61,742 bases of DNA, from the NCBI GenBank assembly GCA_018650165.1, contig JABIGM010000027.1, forward strand, positions 1 to 61,742, in the 5' to 3' direction. A model generated the notes under the pieces. It saw only the letters and a program-made list of their open reading frames with translations, was not told the origin of the DNA and searched no databases. This stretch comes from Methanobacteriota archaeon. Lineage in GTDB: Archaea > Thermoplasmatota > Poseidoniia > Poseidoniales > Poseidoniaceae. Below are positions 34,351-44,864 of the stretch, in pieces. The position numbers and the translations under genes were made by a program. Positions within the stretch are counted from its first letter, which is position 1. Each line of letters starts with the position of its first letter.

Positions 34351-37300
34351 TGTCGCCACTGTGGTAAGGACATTTGTAACATGTTTCTTTTTCGGCCATT
34401 GGTAATTTGCTTGGCGCTTCGGATTCTTCGCCCATAGCAGCAGTTTCTCCCATCCATTTGACCAGTGAATCAAGATCTTTTTTCGCCTTTTCGTAATCAT
34501 CATCGGTCATTCGAATCATACGGCCGGAAGCAGATACTTGTATTGCAGGTGGTAGAATCTTCCTACGTGCGTTTTCGGGTTTCAGAGACTCCCCCATTTC
34601 CAACGCACGGCTGTAAAGTGCTAGTTGTAAACGGTGGTCAGCAATAATGTCTTCTTCTGAAGAAGTTGTTGCAAATGGTGATTCAGGGTCCGTGACTTTC
34701 TGTAAAGGATGCCCTTTTTCTAAATCCTCTACATTGAATTTACTAAGGCAACCTGTTGTTTTTGCATCAACAACTTGTAGCCAACCTTGTCCTGATTCAT
34801 CTACGAGAGCCAATACTAGGTCTGCGCGGCCATCAAAAATAGCTGTTATCTTTTCAATAACAGCATTTGGATATGCGCCATTCGGTGTCCATTGATGCCG
34901 ATAACGATCTTTTGGATGATTTTCAATGGTAAAATAAAACGGTAATTCGGTTCGTAATCCTTCGACCTTGTAGCCATCAAATCTCTTGCCAGAAGCAAGT
35001 ATGCCAAGGGCGCCGTTACGAGCTAATTGCCCAAGATGTAACAATCTAGAACGTGTTTTTGCGAGTATTTTTGCATCTGTAATGCTAGACTGTGCCATAA
35101 CCTGTTCAACAGTATCTTCATCTGTTAACTTGTCTCCTTGTTTTTGAATCCATAATTGCTCTAGATTTCCGGCTTCTGAACCGGGGTTTGGTAAACCAAT
35201 TTCCAAAAGACGGTGGAAAAGAGAACCGAATTCTGTTGCAGATGGCCATTCTGTAATTTCTTCATTGACAGAAAGTAGTTCGAACCTTTCTGCTCGCCAA
35301 TTTAATTGTGAAGATAACCAATGACGACGCTTGCATGAATCTGCAACATCTAATCCATGCGAAGTCATAGAAACTGTGAAATTTGCAATTCGTGGCTCGA
35401 TTACAGGAGGCTTTGAGTGTGATTTTTTAGCATTCTCTAATCTTAATTCCCAAGATTGAAGAACGGATGAATTTGTCGAATCATCAAAGCAATCAGGGTG
35501 ATGGAAAATCGATATCGAATTTAACCCCATTATTTGAGAATCTTTGAACAAATCTGCAGGTTTGAGGTTTAGTGTTTTTCCTGTCTGGTCGATACCGCCC
35601 TTAGACCATACGCCATCTGTGTTGCCGGCTTCTATACTTGAATGAGCCAGACCGTCTAGGAACATTGTTCCATGTGTTGGAATGCTTCCACTTCGTTTGA
35701 CCTCGATTGATTTATTGTCCTTGGCCATTTTCACGCCTTTAGGGCCACCTACCAGAATTAATCTGTCTCTGGCCCTTGTTAGTGCAACATAAAATTGGCG
35801 TCTGCGCTCGGCTCCTGATTGTGCAATCTCGAATAATTTTGCAAGAGTGTATAACCCGCTTTCGGGGTTACCCTTGTGCCCTTTCCAAGGGTTGATTTTA
35901 CCTGCAATAATATCTGGAGTAACTAGGACGCTATCGACAGAGGTATCTTTAGTTCCTGTTTTGAAAATATCCCATGCGATTACAATAGGGGCTTCGAGGC
36001 CTTTTGAACCATGGATAGTCATAATCTGCACAGCGCCTGCTGCTCCATCTGATTGGCTTTGAAGCGCATCTTTTCCTAAATCCCCAATTTCACACATTCT
36101 TGAATATATGAGTGAAGGATCTGCCCCTAAACTGTCTGAAAGATTTTGATACAGAGTTAACCAATTCTCAACATCTTGTCGGTCTCCTTCTCGAGGGTAA
36201 GCGTACAGTAAATCAGAGTGGTCAATCATGGTCTTTATCGAGCTCATGAAATCACCGTTTTCAGAAAGGTGTTTTACCCTTACAAGCAATTGTTTTATTG
36301 CCTCATTTGGAGCCGAATTAATCAACAATTGAAGTTGATTACCGTATTTATCCGCTGAAACTTTTGGCGTAAGAGTGGCGATAAGTGACTTATCTTCTAG
36401 GCCAACAAATACTGAACGCCCAACAGCCAGAGCCGCTCCCCTGTCACGAGGTGAAATCAATAATCTGAGGAGGGCCATTAACGGCCTAACTACAGGCCGT
36501 TGCATTAGATATCCCTGCTTATCAGCGACTACCGGAATCCCATGGTCCTCTAACGCTTTCATGATTGTTGGGATTCTACTTCTTGCTGAAACTAATATCA
36601 AAATATCTTGGGGCAGAATCCCTTCTCGATTCTCTTTCACATCTAACCACTTATCGTCAGTAGTATCCTTAATTCTAACACGGCCGCCATTTAGCAATGA
36701 TGCTATCCTTTTTGCCATCAAATCTGCAGCTAACTCTCTATCTTCTGAATCCTCATCTGTAAAATGATTTATCGGTTTTTTCATATCTTGGGGCCGGTCT
36801 TTCAGACTCAACCTCGTGGGAAGAATCCATTCTAGTGCGGGCTTTTTATCAGATTCGCGACTTGGCGTCAAGTCTTGTGCAGCGGCGTGCCAAGGTCCTG
36901 GTAAACTATGATGCCGTTCAGAGAATGTATCATTGAAAATTGAATTCATTGCATTTAGGAGGCCGGGTAATGTTCTATGGTTGGAACGCATATCGATATG
37001 TCCTTCTTTACGCCTTTCAATCGATTGAGTGTCGACTGCATTATCATCATCTGCGAGACCAAATAGATTCCATTCTTCTAACTTTTTACCAGTAGATAAT
37101 ATGCTTGCGGTGGTGAATCCGGTTCCGGACATTGCACGTGGGTCTCTTGCTTTATTTGGTTTCAAAAACTCTTTGATTCGGGGGTCTGCTGCGGCAAACT
37201 CTTCGCGATTCATTCTTCGTATCGCTTCAACTGAAGTTCGCATTACTGTAACCTCTGCCTGGCGGAAACGATATATTGACTGTTTCATATCTCCCACGAT

Positions 37301-39115
37301 ACAGATAGTGGGGTCCCAATCTGAAGCAGGTGGTCTTGGGTCTTCCTTTGATATTTTTCTACGCCCCCATAGCCTTGATAGTAAACGGAAATGTTGAGGG
37401 TTTGTATCTTGATATTCGTCTATAATGAATGCACGGTATTGCCTCCTCAATTCTCTTACAATATCTATACGGCGCATCAAATCATCATGTACTTCTTGAT
37501 TGCTTTTGCTTGCAATAATTGCTTTAGACAAATGTTCATCCAACCAAGGTTCTTCCCCCAAAGAATCCAATGCTTCGATTACCGGAGTGGGATACCAAGT
37601 GCGACAAACCGATGGGCAGCGCGTCAATAGTAAGTCTTCAGCCAATCGAAGCGTATCGTCGTAGTCCTTAACCCCAGCTTGAGATTTCAGACGTGATTGT
37701 ATTTGTCGAACACCTTCATGAACTGTAAATAAATCTTGAATTACTTGTAACTCTAACTCGCTTGTTAACCTCATGTTTTTACTCGGCGGTATTTGGGGAA
37801 TGTCGATATCTAAGCGTATGCGTTGCATATCTGTATCGGGAATCGGGGTGGGATCTTCAAACAAAGGGTTCAGTAAAAACGATGCCTTGCCAAGTTGTCT
37901 GATTAATAACGCACCCGAATTCGCCATTAACTCTCTTACATTAGTTGCTTTTTCTTTTGCCTTTTCAATTATGATAGATTCTATTGCATCAGCAAGTACG
38001 GTATCTCCTGGCTTGAAAATACCTCCGGGCCAACCCCCAGAATTTGGAAGTCGTGCATGGGTAAGTGGTTTGCAATCAATATTACCGAGATTGCCTTCTG
38101 TTGCTATTGAAAGAGATGCAAGGTAAGCCCATTGTAATTTCTCCATCCGAGTAGTTGCTGGTTGGTCACATAAATATTGGACATAACGAAAGCGCGTCAT
38201 TCCTGATGGTGCATCATCGGCGAAAGCGGCTCCTCTCTCAAGCCATGCTTCCTTCCATGCATCAATTGCAGTTCTGAAACTGAGATACCAAGCGTCAATG
38301 ATATCCTCGACTGGCTCGATAAACAATCTATCAAATATGGATATATCAATCGAAGTTCCTTTGAATCCAATTTTTCTGCGTGCTTCTTCGACGAATAATG
38401 AACGCTTCATCATAACTTGGACTAATTCGGATGCTGAAAATTGGCCTCCCAACAGTATCGAGAGGCGATCTCTTGCTTGTAGGAATGATTCAATGTCGCC
38501 CTGCATTCCAACCTCTATTCCATGTATTCCGTGTTGTAGCCTCCACGCTATTCGAATAGATTCCTCTCGTAATAATGCTGAAGAATGTTCGTCAATTTGT
38601 TCCATTGCAGGGTCATCGCAAACCAAACCAATCCAAGGAGATACAACAGACGAGAGGAAGGAATCAATTGTCGAAATTGGAGCGTCGTCCACAAGAGAAA
38701 GGAGCATTGCTACGTCGCCTTGGCTACGCAAGCGAGGGTCATAGATACCTTCAGTGTCGCCTTTAGCAGGAGAGGTCGAACGAAGTTTAGCGATAAGTCG
38801 GCGAATTCGCCCTTTGAGTTCGGCTGCAGCTTTCCTAGTGAATGTGATGGCTACTGTTTCAGTAGGAAGTAGCCCCGGCCATTCAGGTAATGATGTACGA
38901 TCTTTGCTTGGGCATCTAATTTTCCCAATTCCGCTAATTGATGTGCGGGGTGGGGTTGGAAGCAAAAGGGTCGCTCTCTGCTGACTCGAAAGTAAATGTT
39001 GGACATACCTATGTGCCATAACAGTGGTTTTTCCAGTACCCGCCCCAGCGTCTAGAGCGATGTGCCTATCGATATCTAACCCCAAACGTTGTGAACGATT
39101 TAATTCCATTACCAT
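34280..39115 (-). CDS. addA: AddA-like UvrD helicase with C-terminal PD-(D/E)XK nuclease (1611 aa)
   Basis: DAGAGTGKTT, ITFTRKAAAELK, STIDSF, IIDEYQDTN, VGDMKQSIYRFR, NHRT, MTIHGSKGLE and YVALTRARDRL. Nuclease motifs DGRAD...VVDAKT...QLALY. Confidence 0.87.
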   Translation of the reverse strand: MVMELNRSQRLGLDIDRHIALDAGAGTGKTTVMAHRYVQHLLSSQQRATLLLPTPPRTSISGIGKIRCPSKDRTSLPEWPGLLPTETVAITFTRKAAAELKGRIRRLIAKLRSTSPAKGDTEGIYDPRLRSQGDVAMLLSLVDDAPISTIDSFLSSVVSPWIGLVCDDPAMEQIDEHSSALLREESIRIAWRLQHGIHGIEVGMQGDIESFLQARDRLSILLGGQFSASELVQVMMKRSLFVEEARRKIGFKGTSIDISIFDRLFIEPVEDIIDAWYLSFRTAIDAWKEAWLERGAAFADDAPSGMTRFRYVQYLCDQPATTRMEKLQWAYLASLSIATEGNLGNIDCKPLTHARLPNSGGWPGGIFKPGDTVLADAIESIIIEKAKEKATNVRELMANSGALLIRQLGKASFLLNPLFEDPTPIPDTDMQRIRLDIDIPQIPPSKNMRLTSELELQVIQDLFTVHEGVRQIQSRLKSQAGVKDYDDTLRLAEDLLLTRCPSVCRTWYPTPVIEALDSLGEEPWLDEHLSKAIIASKSNQEVHDDLMRRIDIVRELRRQYRAFIIDEYQDTNPQHFRLLSRLWGRRKISKEDPRPPASDWDPTICIVGDMKQSIYRFRQAEVTVMRTSVEAIRRMNREEFAAADPRIKEFLKPNKARDPRAMSGTGFTTASILSTGKKLEEWNLFGLADDDNAVDTQSIERRKEGHIDMRSNHRTLPGLLNAMNSIFNDTFSERHHSLPGPWHAAAQDLTPSRESDKKPALEWILPTRLSLKDRPQDMKKPINHFTDEDSEDRELAADLMAKRIASLLNGGRVRIKDTTDDKWLDVKENREGILPQDILILVSARSRIPTIMKALEDHGIPVVADKQGYLMQRPVVRPLMALLRLLISPRDRGAALAVGRSVFVGLEDKSLIATLTPKVSADKYGNQLQLLINSAPNEAIKQLLVRVKHLSENGDFMSSIKTMIDHSDLLYAYPREGDRQDVENWLTLYQNLSDSLGADPSLIYSRMCEIGDLGKDALQSQSDGAAGAVQIMTIHGSKGLEAPIVIAWDIFKTGTKDTSVDSVLVTPDIIAGKINPWKGHKGNPESGLYTLAKLFEIAQSGAERRRQFYVALTRARDRLILVGGPKGVKMAKDNKSIEVKRSGSIPTHGTMFLDGLAHSSIEAGNTDGVWSKGGIDQTGKTLNLKPADLFKDSQIMGLNSISIFHHPDCFDDSTNSSVLQSWELRLENAKKSHSKPPVIEPRIANFTVSMTSHGLDVADSCKRRHWLSSQLNWRAERFELLSVNEEITEWPSATEFGSLFHRLLEIGLPNPGSEAGNLEQLWIQKQGDKLTDEDTVEQVMAQSSITDAKILAKTRSRLLHLGQLARNGALGILASGKRFDGYKVEGLRTELPFYFTIENHPKDRYRHQWTPNGAYPNAVIEKITAIFDGRADLVLALVDESGQGWLQVVDAKTTGCLSKFNVEDLEKGHPLQKVTDPESPFATTSSEEDIIADHRLQLALYSRALEMGESLKPENARRKILPPAIQVSASGRMIRMTDDDYEKAKKDLDSLVKWMGETAAMGEESEAPSKLPMAEKETCYKCPYHSGDIKLCGPEPEKTGPARPTSQENHP

Positions 39116-42100
39116 CCACTCTCCTGTTTGCTAGGGCAAGCATCACTAATTTTACAAAAAGAGCAACTTCCCGATGGTTGCGGGTCGATTCTTCCTAATT
39201 TTGCATTGCTAATGACACGAAGTGCCGTGGTTATTCTTTCTCGCATCCAAGCCCTGAAAGCATTCGATTTTATTTCACCCGGTTTTTCATCGGGCAAACG
39301 GTATTGGGTATGTGTAAACGTACTTATTTCTCCAATCTTTAGAGTAGAACAATGCTCTACAAATTCGGGGTCTAATTCAATGTGAGCTTGAGTTTCGAGC
39401 CCTACTTGAGTCGCCCCCACTCCAATCACTCTATCCCCGGGATTTGCTACTTCCCAAGCACGCGCATAGAGGGCGAGTTGTAACTCTTCAAAAATTGCTT
39501 TTTTGTGACGTTCGTCGTCGTTATTATCTTTTGAGCCATCTCGAGATTTGATATCTCTGATTACGACAAATCTCTTGGCAGATGGCGGATTTTTTAATTC
39601 GAAATCTAATGGAATTACTTCGGCTGCTTTAGGATTAAGTAATTCAGGCTTCACTAGAACTTGGTCTACTCTATCGGCAAGTCCCTTTATGCTGAATTTT
39701 TGTTTCTTACTATCGAGGCCGATTTCTACCGATAGTGTGGCGTTTGTGCCTAATTTCCATTCGCTAGCAATAGGGGCTGCATCGATTAAACCAAAATCAG
39801 AAATTATCATTCTTCCGATTCTTCCGCCAATAGGAATTTGTTCCTTGTGTTCTACCCATTTGAGCCATGTTTCTGGTTCGACTCCGATAAGATCACGGCA
39901 CCTATGAGCAGAAATTCCGTCTCGCCTTTTCATCCAAGGGGCCAATTGTTCAAGTTCACTGAGAGCGACTTGCCATGCTGTATCGCTATTGCTCAATTTG
40001 CCCTTATGCAATGGTTTGGCATCTGTCGAAATTTTATCCTCTACTAAGCCATGATGGCGAAGAAGGGCTTCTTCGATTAGATGAATTATATTTCCTCGAG
40101 TCACATTAGCAATATCTTCTTCCAGTTTTTCGGGCTGGCCCAGATACATATGACCATCATAGAATGCTTGACGGGGGCAATTCAACCATTTCTGAAGTTT
40201 TGATTGCGACCAAACCTCGGGCATATTTGTAAGTTTGATTTCACTTCGTCCTGTGAAAGAATCTAATTCCTTTAGTCCGGTTGAGATAGGAATAAGAGGG
40301 CGGAAATCGATTGGTAGGGTGAATTTTGGAGGCTTATCCTTAGCACTTGTTCGCTTTCCAAGATGGGGCCATTCTTTTTCTTCGCGCCCAGATAAGCCAT
40401 TCTTGATCATTGTTTTAGTTGGTATTAATGAGATGTTTTCCGGACGAATTACTTTGCTACGGTTCTTGAATTGGCGAATCTCATCTTTTGCTAGTGTTTG
40501 GCCTAAGTCGGCGCGTAAAGATTGGTCGTGCAATAATTCCCTTTCAGCAGTCGTAATGATTCCGTTAATATTCAATGGAGAAATTTCTGGCTGACGGTTT
40601 TCAATGGTTGCAAGTCCCGCTCGTTGCTTGGCATCTCTGGCTAGAACTCCATTACGATGGGTACGAACTTTACTACCGATTATTTCCATACTACTAACTT
40701 GATGAAGTAGGCGATTGTTGCCTTTTACGGTTGCATATGCCCAATTGCGATTCGGTGTTTTTGGGTCCCATGACGAATGTGGTATAAATGAGGGGAGATG
40801 GTCGAGAATTTTATTACCACTTTGAGACAAATCACTGTACCATTCATCTAAGGGCCCCGCCAACTCAGTACCCTCTTCTATGCTAGAATTGATTATTATG
40901 ACGGTTTTTGCAGAATTAAGAATGTGGCGCAAGTGATGTCTTCCCATTCTTAGTGGTTCGTCTGGTTTATGAAGTCCTAATTGTAATCGGCTTGAATCAT
41001 CTAGCCAGGGTATTTGGGGGGTTTTCATTGACCAAGATTGTGCATCAATTCCACAGAGGATTATAGTTTCGGCTTCAACTCCGTAGGCTTGCGACGGAGA
41101 TAGAATAGTGAGCCCTTTATCGCTTCCTCTGATTGGAGGTATCTCTGTGTTTTGTGCTAAATTCTTTAGAATATCGCTGAACTCTTCAACTTTAATTTCA
41201 ATATTTTCCTTCAATAGAATACCAAGAGCTGACGTTAGATTTTGGATACCGGGGAGTGTATTGGATTGTACTGAATCTTGAGATTTTAGTTTGTTCCAAT
41301 CTATCTGCTCCAAGCATGAATTATACCAAGAAATGACATCGCCGGGGGTTTCTGGTAAGGGGAGGGTTTCGTGAGATGTACATCCAATAAGTGGTTCTGC
41401 TAGGGCCTTTTTATCCAATTCCGGAAGCAGCGGTGTTTGCCATTTTGCCAAACATGAAATCCACCACAATGTTTCTTCTAATTCTTGCCCGCCGCGTTTT
41501 AGGTCTGTACCTGGGCGTGGTGTTGCTTGCGATAGAATCGCAAGCCATCTCGAGAGTGCCCCTTGGCCCCCAAGAAGGTGAAAACTTCGGGCTATTTCTT
41601 CTAGCACTTTTGGGTGGAGGCGGGGGTGCCATTTTTGTTCAGTCGGGTGCTTTAGATTCCAAAATAGTGGCCATTTCATAGGCAAACTTGTTTGGTTCCA
41701 TAAATCTTTCAATCTGTTTAGTGACCAAGCATCTTCGCCCCTTGAAAGATTGACTAATGCGAGTATTCGGCTAACTGCACCACTCTTTATCGCAAGCGAT
41801 GACGGCTTCGCGAATTTATGTCCAATGGATTCAGAATAGTCTAAGAGTTTGTCTTGTAGATTATCGGGGTCTCCACAAATAACTAGGGTTTCGGTTTCTA
41901 CATCATCAAGTAAACTAATCAAAGCGAGATGTACTCTAGAATTTACTTCACAGAACACTTCATGGACACTAGTGCCCCTTTCATCTCCAATAAGTGAACT
42001 CCAATGTGTTTCGTCTTTGGATTGCCATACATCATGGATAGGAACCCAATTTGGCAAATCATCATTCTTCCTGCATGGCGGTATGTCTAGGATATATTCT

Positions 42101-42816
42101 CCGTGATATCCAAGTCGGTGCGACCCAGGGTTAACCAGTTGGTGCACTCCAGTAAATCGTGATATTTCTTCAAGTATTTTCAATTGAATTTCGTTGAGGC
42201 AGGGTGGATGATCTAGCATTATTATTCCTTCAACATCAGAAATAGTGAATGGGGGTTCTGTCGATGTTTTCAGCCGGTTAAACACAACTCTCTCTAAGCG
42301 GGCTGGGTGAGTTGCATTATCCTCTACCTCTAATTGTTGAATGATTTCATCACAGGTCTTTGCACCGGGATCTTGGTCCCAATTCCATGGATTTTCTAAA
42401 GTTGCCAATTCTTTGTGCAGATTCAGAAGGCGTTTGGTACGAGAGCGGGACCAACGGTGCGTAGGGTGTGGTTGTAGTAAGGGGAATCCGAAATCAGTGG
42501 CAACTGCGGCTAAGGCTCGATGAGTTTTTTCAAATAATATTCCGTCATCATTCAAAACTCGAGGAAGCCTGAGGTCTAAGTGGAGAATTCCATTAAGTCT
42601 CTTTAGAGTTAAATGATGGGTAGTATCAACAGCGGCCCCTTTGCTGTGAGAATGTATTTCCTCTATCACTTGGCTTCGAGCAGCTTCACTTGGGTGAATT
42701 ATCATCAGGCGGCGTCCTTCTAGCAATGCCGCCATTAGCCAATCGGGAAGTGATTTACCGGACGGTGTTGCTTCCATTGAGATGCCAGAGGTTACTTTCA
42801 ATTCACTAATTACCAT
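39109..42816 (-). CDS. addB: AddB-like inactive helicase with PD-(D/E)XK nuclease and Fe-S staple
   Basis: WSQSKLQKWLNCPRQAF, RGNIIH, KGLADRVD, IRDIKS, QLALY and CSFCKISDACP. Overlaps the addA start. GAGGAGG SD lies before ATG 42816. Confidence 0.8.
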   Translation of the reverse strand: MVISELKVTSGISMEATPSGKSLPDWLMAALLEGRRLMIIHPSEAARSQVIEEIHSHSKGAAVDTTHHLTLKRLNGILHLDLRLPRVLNDDGILFEKTHRALAAVATDFGFPLLQPHPTHRWSRSRTKRLLNLHKELATLENPWNWDQDPGAKTCDEIIQQLEVEDNATHPARLERVVFNRLKTSTEPPFTISDVEGIIMLDHPPCLNEIQLKILEEISRFTGVHQLVNPGSHRLGYHGEYILDIPPCRKNDDLPNWVPIHDVWQSKDETHWSSLIGDERGTSVHEVFCEVNSRVHLALISLLDDVETETLVICGDPDNLQDKLLDYSESIGHKFAKPSSLAIKSGAVSRILALVNLSRGEDAWSLNRLKDLWNQTSLPMKWPLFWNLKHPTEQKWHPRLHPKVLEEIARSFHLLGGQGALSRWLAILSQATPRPGTDLKRGGQELEETLWWISCLAKWQTPLLPELDKKALAEPLIGCTSHETLPLPETPGDVISWYNSCLEQIDWNKLKSQDSVQSNTLPGIQNLTSALGILLKENIEIKVEEFSDILKNLAQNTEIPPIRGSDKGLTILSPSQAYGVEAETIILCGIDAQSWSMKTPQIPWLDDSSRLQLGLHKPDEPLRMGRHHLRHILNSAKTVIIINSSIEEGTELAGPLDEWYSDLSQSGNKILDHLPSFIPHSSWDPKTPNRNWAYATVKGNNRLLHQVSSMEIIGSKVRTHRNGVLARDAKQRAGLATIENRQPEISPLNINGIITTAERELLHDQSLRADLGQTLAKDEIRQFKNRSKVIRPENISLIPTKTMIKNGLSGREEKEWPHLGKRTSAKDKPPKFTLPIDFRPLIPISTGLKELDSFTGRSEIKLTNMPEVWSQSKLQKWLNCPRQAFYDGHMYLGQPEKLEEDIANVTRGNIIHLIEEALLRHHGLVEDKISTDAKPLHKGKLSNSDTAWQVALSELEQLAPWMKRRDGISAHRCRDLIGVEPETWLKWVEHKEQIPIGGRIGRMIISDFGLIDAAPIASEWKLGTNATLSVEIGLDSKKQKFSIKGLADRVDQVLVKPELLNPKAAEVIPLDFELKNPPSAKRFVVIRDIKSRDGSKDNNDDERHKKAIFEELQLALYARAWEVANPGDRVIGVGATQVGLETQAHIELDPEFVEHCSTLKIGEISTFTHTQYRLPDEKPGEIKSNAFRAWMRERITTALRVISNAKLGRIDPQPSGSCSFCKISDACPSKQESGW

Positions 42817-42921
42817 CGGCAAACCTCCTCAGTCATCTATCCTCGGCGGCGGTAGTTCTTGAACCCACGCCTTACACTATTATCGGAACTATTGAAAACA
42901 AGAGTAAATTTACCATTAGTC

Positions 42922-43827
42922 ATGCGAAGCCGAGTTATACTGATTGCATTAGTCCTTGGACTCGCATCAATTCCATCGGCGCAGGGCGGTACTGCGGAAA
43001 AGCTGGAAGATGTGGGTTTTACATTTGGCGGCCTAACTCTAGATGCAAATACAACTGGTAACGCGACTTCTAGTCTCGCAGATTTACCTGCCGTTGTAGA
43101 GTACTATACTGCCACTTGGTGTGCTAATTGCGTCTATGTTGAACATGCTTTAGACGATGTGGAAAATAATAGTGTAAATATCCAACAGTTCCATTTTCAC
43201 CGTGACCAAGATAGTGAAGACCCGTGGGGAACAGCTGAAGGAGAGGCTCGCTGGGACGATAGATACGATGGAGGAGTTGCCCCAACTGTGGTATTCAATG
43301 GTAGCATGAAGCAAATTGGAAGCGTCGCTGAAGGCGATTCACTTGAAGAGGATTACACTGCTTTAGCCGCTATGGATTTAGAACTAGGTGCCGGTGTTTC
43401 TTCCATGGGTTGGAATAATGATTCAGGAGTATTTACCTGGAATCTGCAATTTGATGAAAGCATCATTCCCGAAGATGGTGAATTGGTACACATGCTTTGG
43501 ATTACTGAGAGGTTCGCAAACTTCCCCGATGGTAGTAACGGAGTAGAGAATTATCCTCATGTCGTTAAAGCACTATTTTCACTTGGAAATAATTCTTCTG
43601 GGGCAATGGTAATCGATTTACCTGCAGCACATGATGGCGATGATTTACAGTTGCATCTTATTCATCAAATCGTACTACCTGATTCGGTTGAAGAAAACAA
43701 TAGCCAGCCACCAATTCCAGTTAAATCCGATAACCAAAATGATGGCGGCCTTCCTAGTCTCAGTTTGATTGCAGTACTATCTGTGGTGATGGTTGCAGCA
43801 TTCACTGTGCAGCGAAAGCAGCAATGA
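42922..43827 (+). CDS. Exported thioredoxin-fold (CxxC) protein with a C-terminal sorting-signal-like anchor
   Basis: Signal peptide (VILIALVLGLASIPSAQG), EYYTATWCANC, PTVVFNG, and C-terminal GGLPSLSLIAVLSVVMVAAFTVQRKQQ. ATG 42922 preferred. Confidence 0.68.
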   Translation: MRSRVILIALVLGLASIPSAQGGTAEKLEDVGFTFGGLTLDANTTGNATSSLADLPAVVEYYTATWCANCVYVEHALDDVENNSVNIQQFHFHRDQDSEDPWGTAEGEARWDDRYDGGVAPTVVFNGSMKQIGSVAEGDSLEEDYTALAAMDLELGAGVSSMGWNNDSGVFTWNLQFDESIIPEDGELVHMLWITERFANFPDGSNGVENYPHVVKALFSLGNNSSGAMVIDLPAAHDGDDLQLHLIHQIVLPDSVEENNSQPPIPVKSDNQNDGGLPSLSLIAVLSVVMVAAFTVQRKQQ

Positions 43828-44842
43828 TTCGCTCGACATCTTCATCGGTAATATGCAGATGAATTGCTACTCTAACTCTGTTGTAAGGTAGGTCAAACAT
43901 ATCGATTCCATGTTCGGCCAGTGATGCCACTACATCTGCTGCTGGAATGTTACAATTGACATAAACTAAGTTTGATTGGACAGCATCCATATCGACGCTG
44001 AAATTATCCATGGCGTTAATCGCTTCTGCTACCTTTCTTGCCCGAATATGGTCTTCTGCTAGCCTGTCGATGTGATGGTCTAGGGTATAGATTCCTGCTG
44101 CTGCAAGAATCCCTGCTTGCCTCCATCCACCACCAAACATCTTGCGCCAGCGGTGTGCTTTGTTGATGAATTCTCGAGAGCCGACGAGGACAGATCCAAC
44201 TGGGGCGCCAAGACCTTTGGAAAGGCAGATTGAGACCGAATCATAATCACGGCACATTCGTGCCACATCTACACCTGTTGTGATTGCTGCGTTGAAGATT
44301 CTAGCACCGTCAATGTGAGTTGCACAGCCGTTTGCTTTTGCTACTGCTGCAATCTCATCAAGTGCTTCTTGAGTATAACAAGCGCCACCTCCGAGATTAG
44401 ATGTGTTCTCTACACAAACGAGGGTACCATTTGGATAATGTGACCCTGACCCCTCTGCCTTACGAATTGCAGATTTTACCTGGGCTGCGGTCATCAAGCC
44501 GCCTTCGCCTTGAACAAGAGAAATTGATGCTCCGCAAAGTGCAGCATAACCGCCACCTTCGTATTTGTAAATATGAGCGGTTTTGTCACATACGATTTCA
44601 TCGCCAGGAACGGTGTGGGTCCTCAAAGCGATTGCATTAGACATTGTACCGCTTGCAACGAATAGGGCTGCTTCTTTGCCAAACATCTTGGCCAAGCGGT
44701 TTTGAAGTTCGTTAACCGTAGGGTCATCTCCAAGAACATCGTCCCCTACCTCTGCCTTTTCCATGATTGCACGCATTGCCGCAGTAGGCTGTGTGACTGT
44801 GTCACTGCGCACATCAACACGGTCGGAAGGGTACTCGCGCAT
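43802..44842 (-). CDS. ltaE: Low-specificity L-threonine aldolase
   Basis: DVRSDTVTQPT, VGDDVLGDDPTV, SGTMSN, ENTSN, HIDGARIFNA, CLSKGLGAPVGS and RKMFGGGWRQAG. Confidence 0.94.
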   Translation of the reverse strand: MREYPSDRVDVRSDTVTQPTAAMRAIMEKAEVGDDVLGDDPTVNELQNRLAKMFGKEAALFVASGTMSNAIALRTHTVPGDEIVCDKTAHIYKYEGGGYAALCGASISLVQGEGGLMTAAQVKSAIRKAEGSGSHYPNGTLVCVENTSNLGGGACYTQEALDEIAAVAKANGCATHIDGARIFNAAITTGVDVARMCRDYDSVSICLSKGLGAPVGSVLVGSREFINKAHRWRKMFGGGWRQAGILAAAGIYTLDHHIDRLAEDHIRARKVAEAINAMDNFSVDMDAVQSNLVYVNCNIPAADVVASLAEHGIDMFDLPYNRVRVAIHLHITDEDVERIIAAFAAQ

Positions 44843-44864
44843 GGTTGGTCCACACCGCTTTCAC

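Noticed and set aside
34280-42816. Cas4/CRISPR interpretation of the Cys-stapled PD-(D/E)XK nucleases
   Set aside because: Both nucleases are fused to UvrD-type or AddB-sized bodies. No cas1/cas2 or repeat-spacer array is visible anywhere in the window.
43802-44842. ltaE as the cobalamin-salvage enzyme CobD, given its position near the B12 module
   Set aside because: Its motifs are those of threonine aldolase (SDT, HIDGAR, CLSKGLG), not the class I/II aminotransferase-like CobD.
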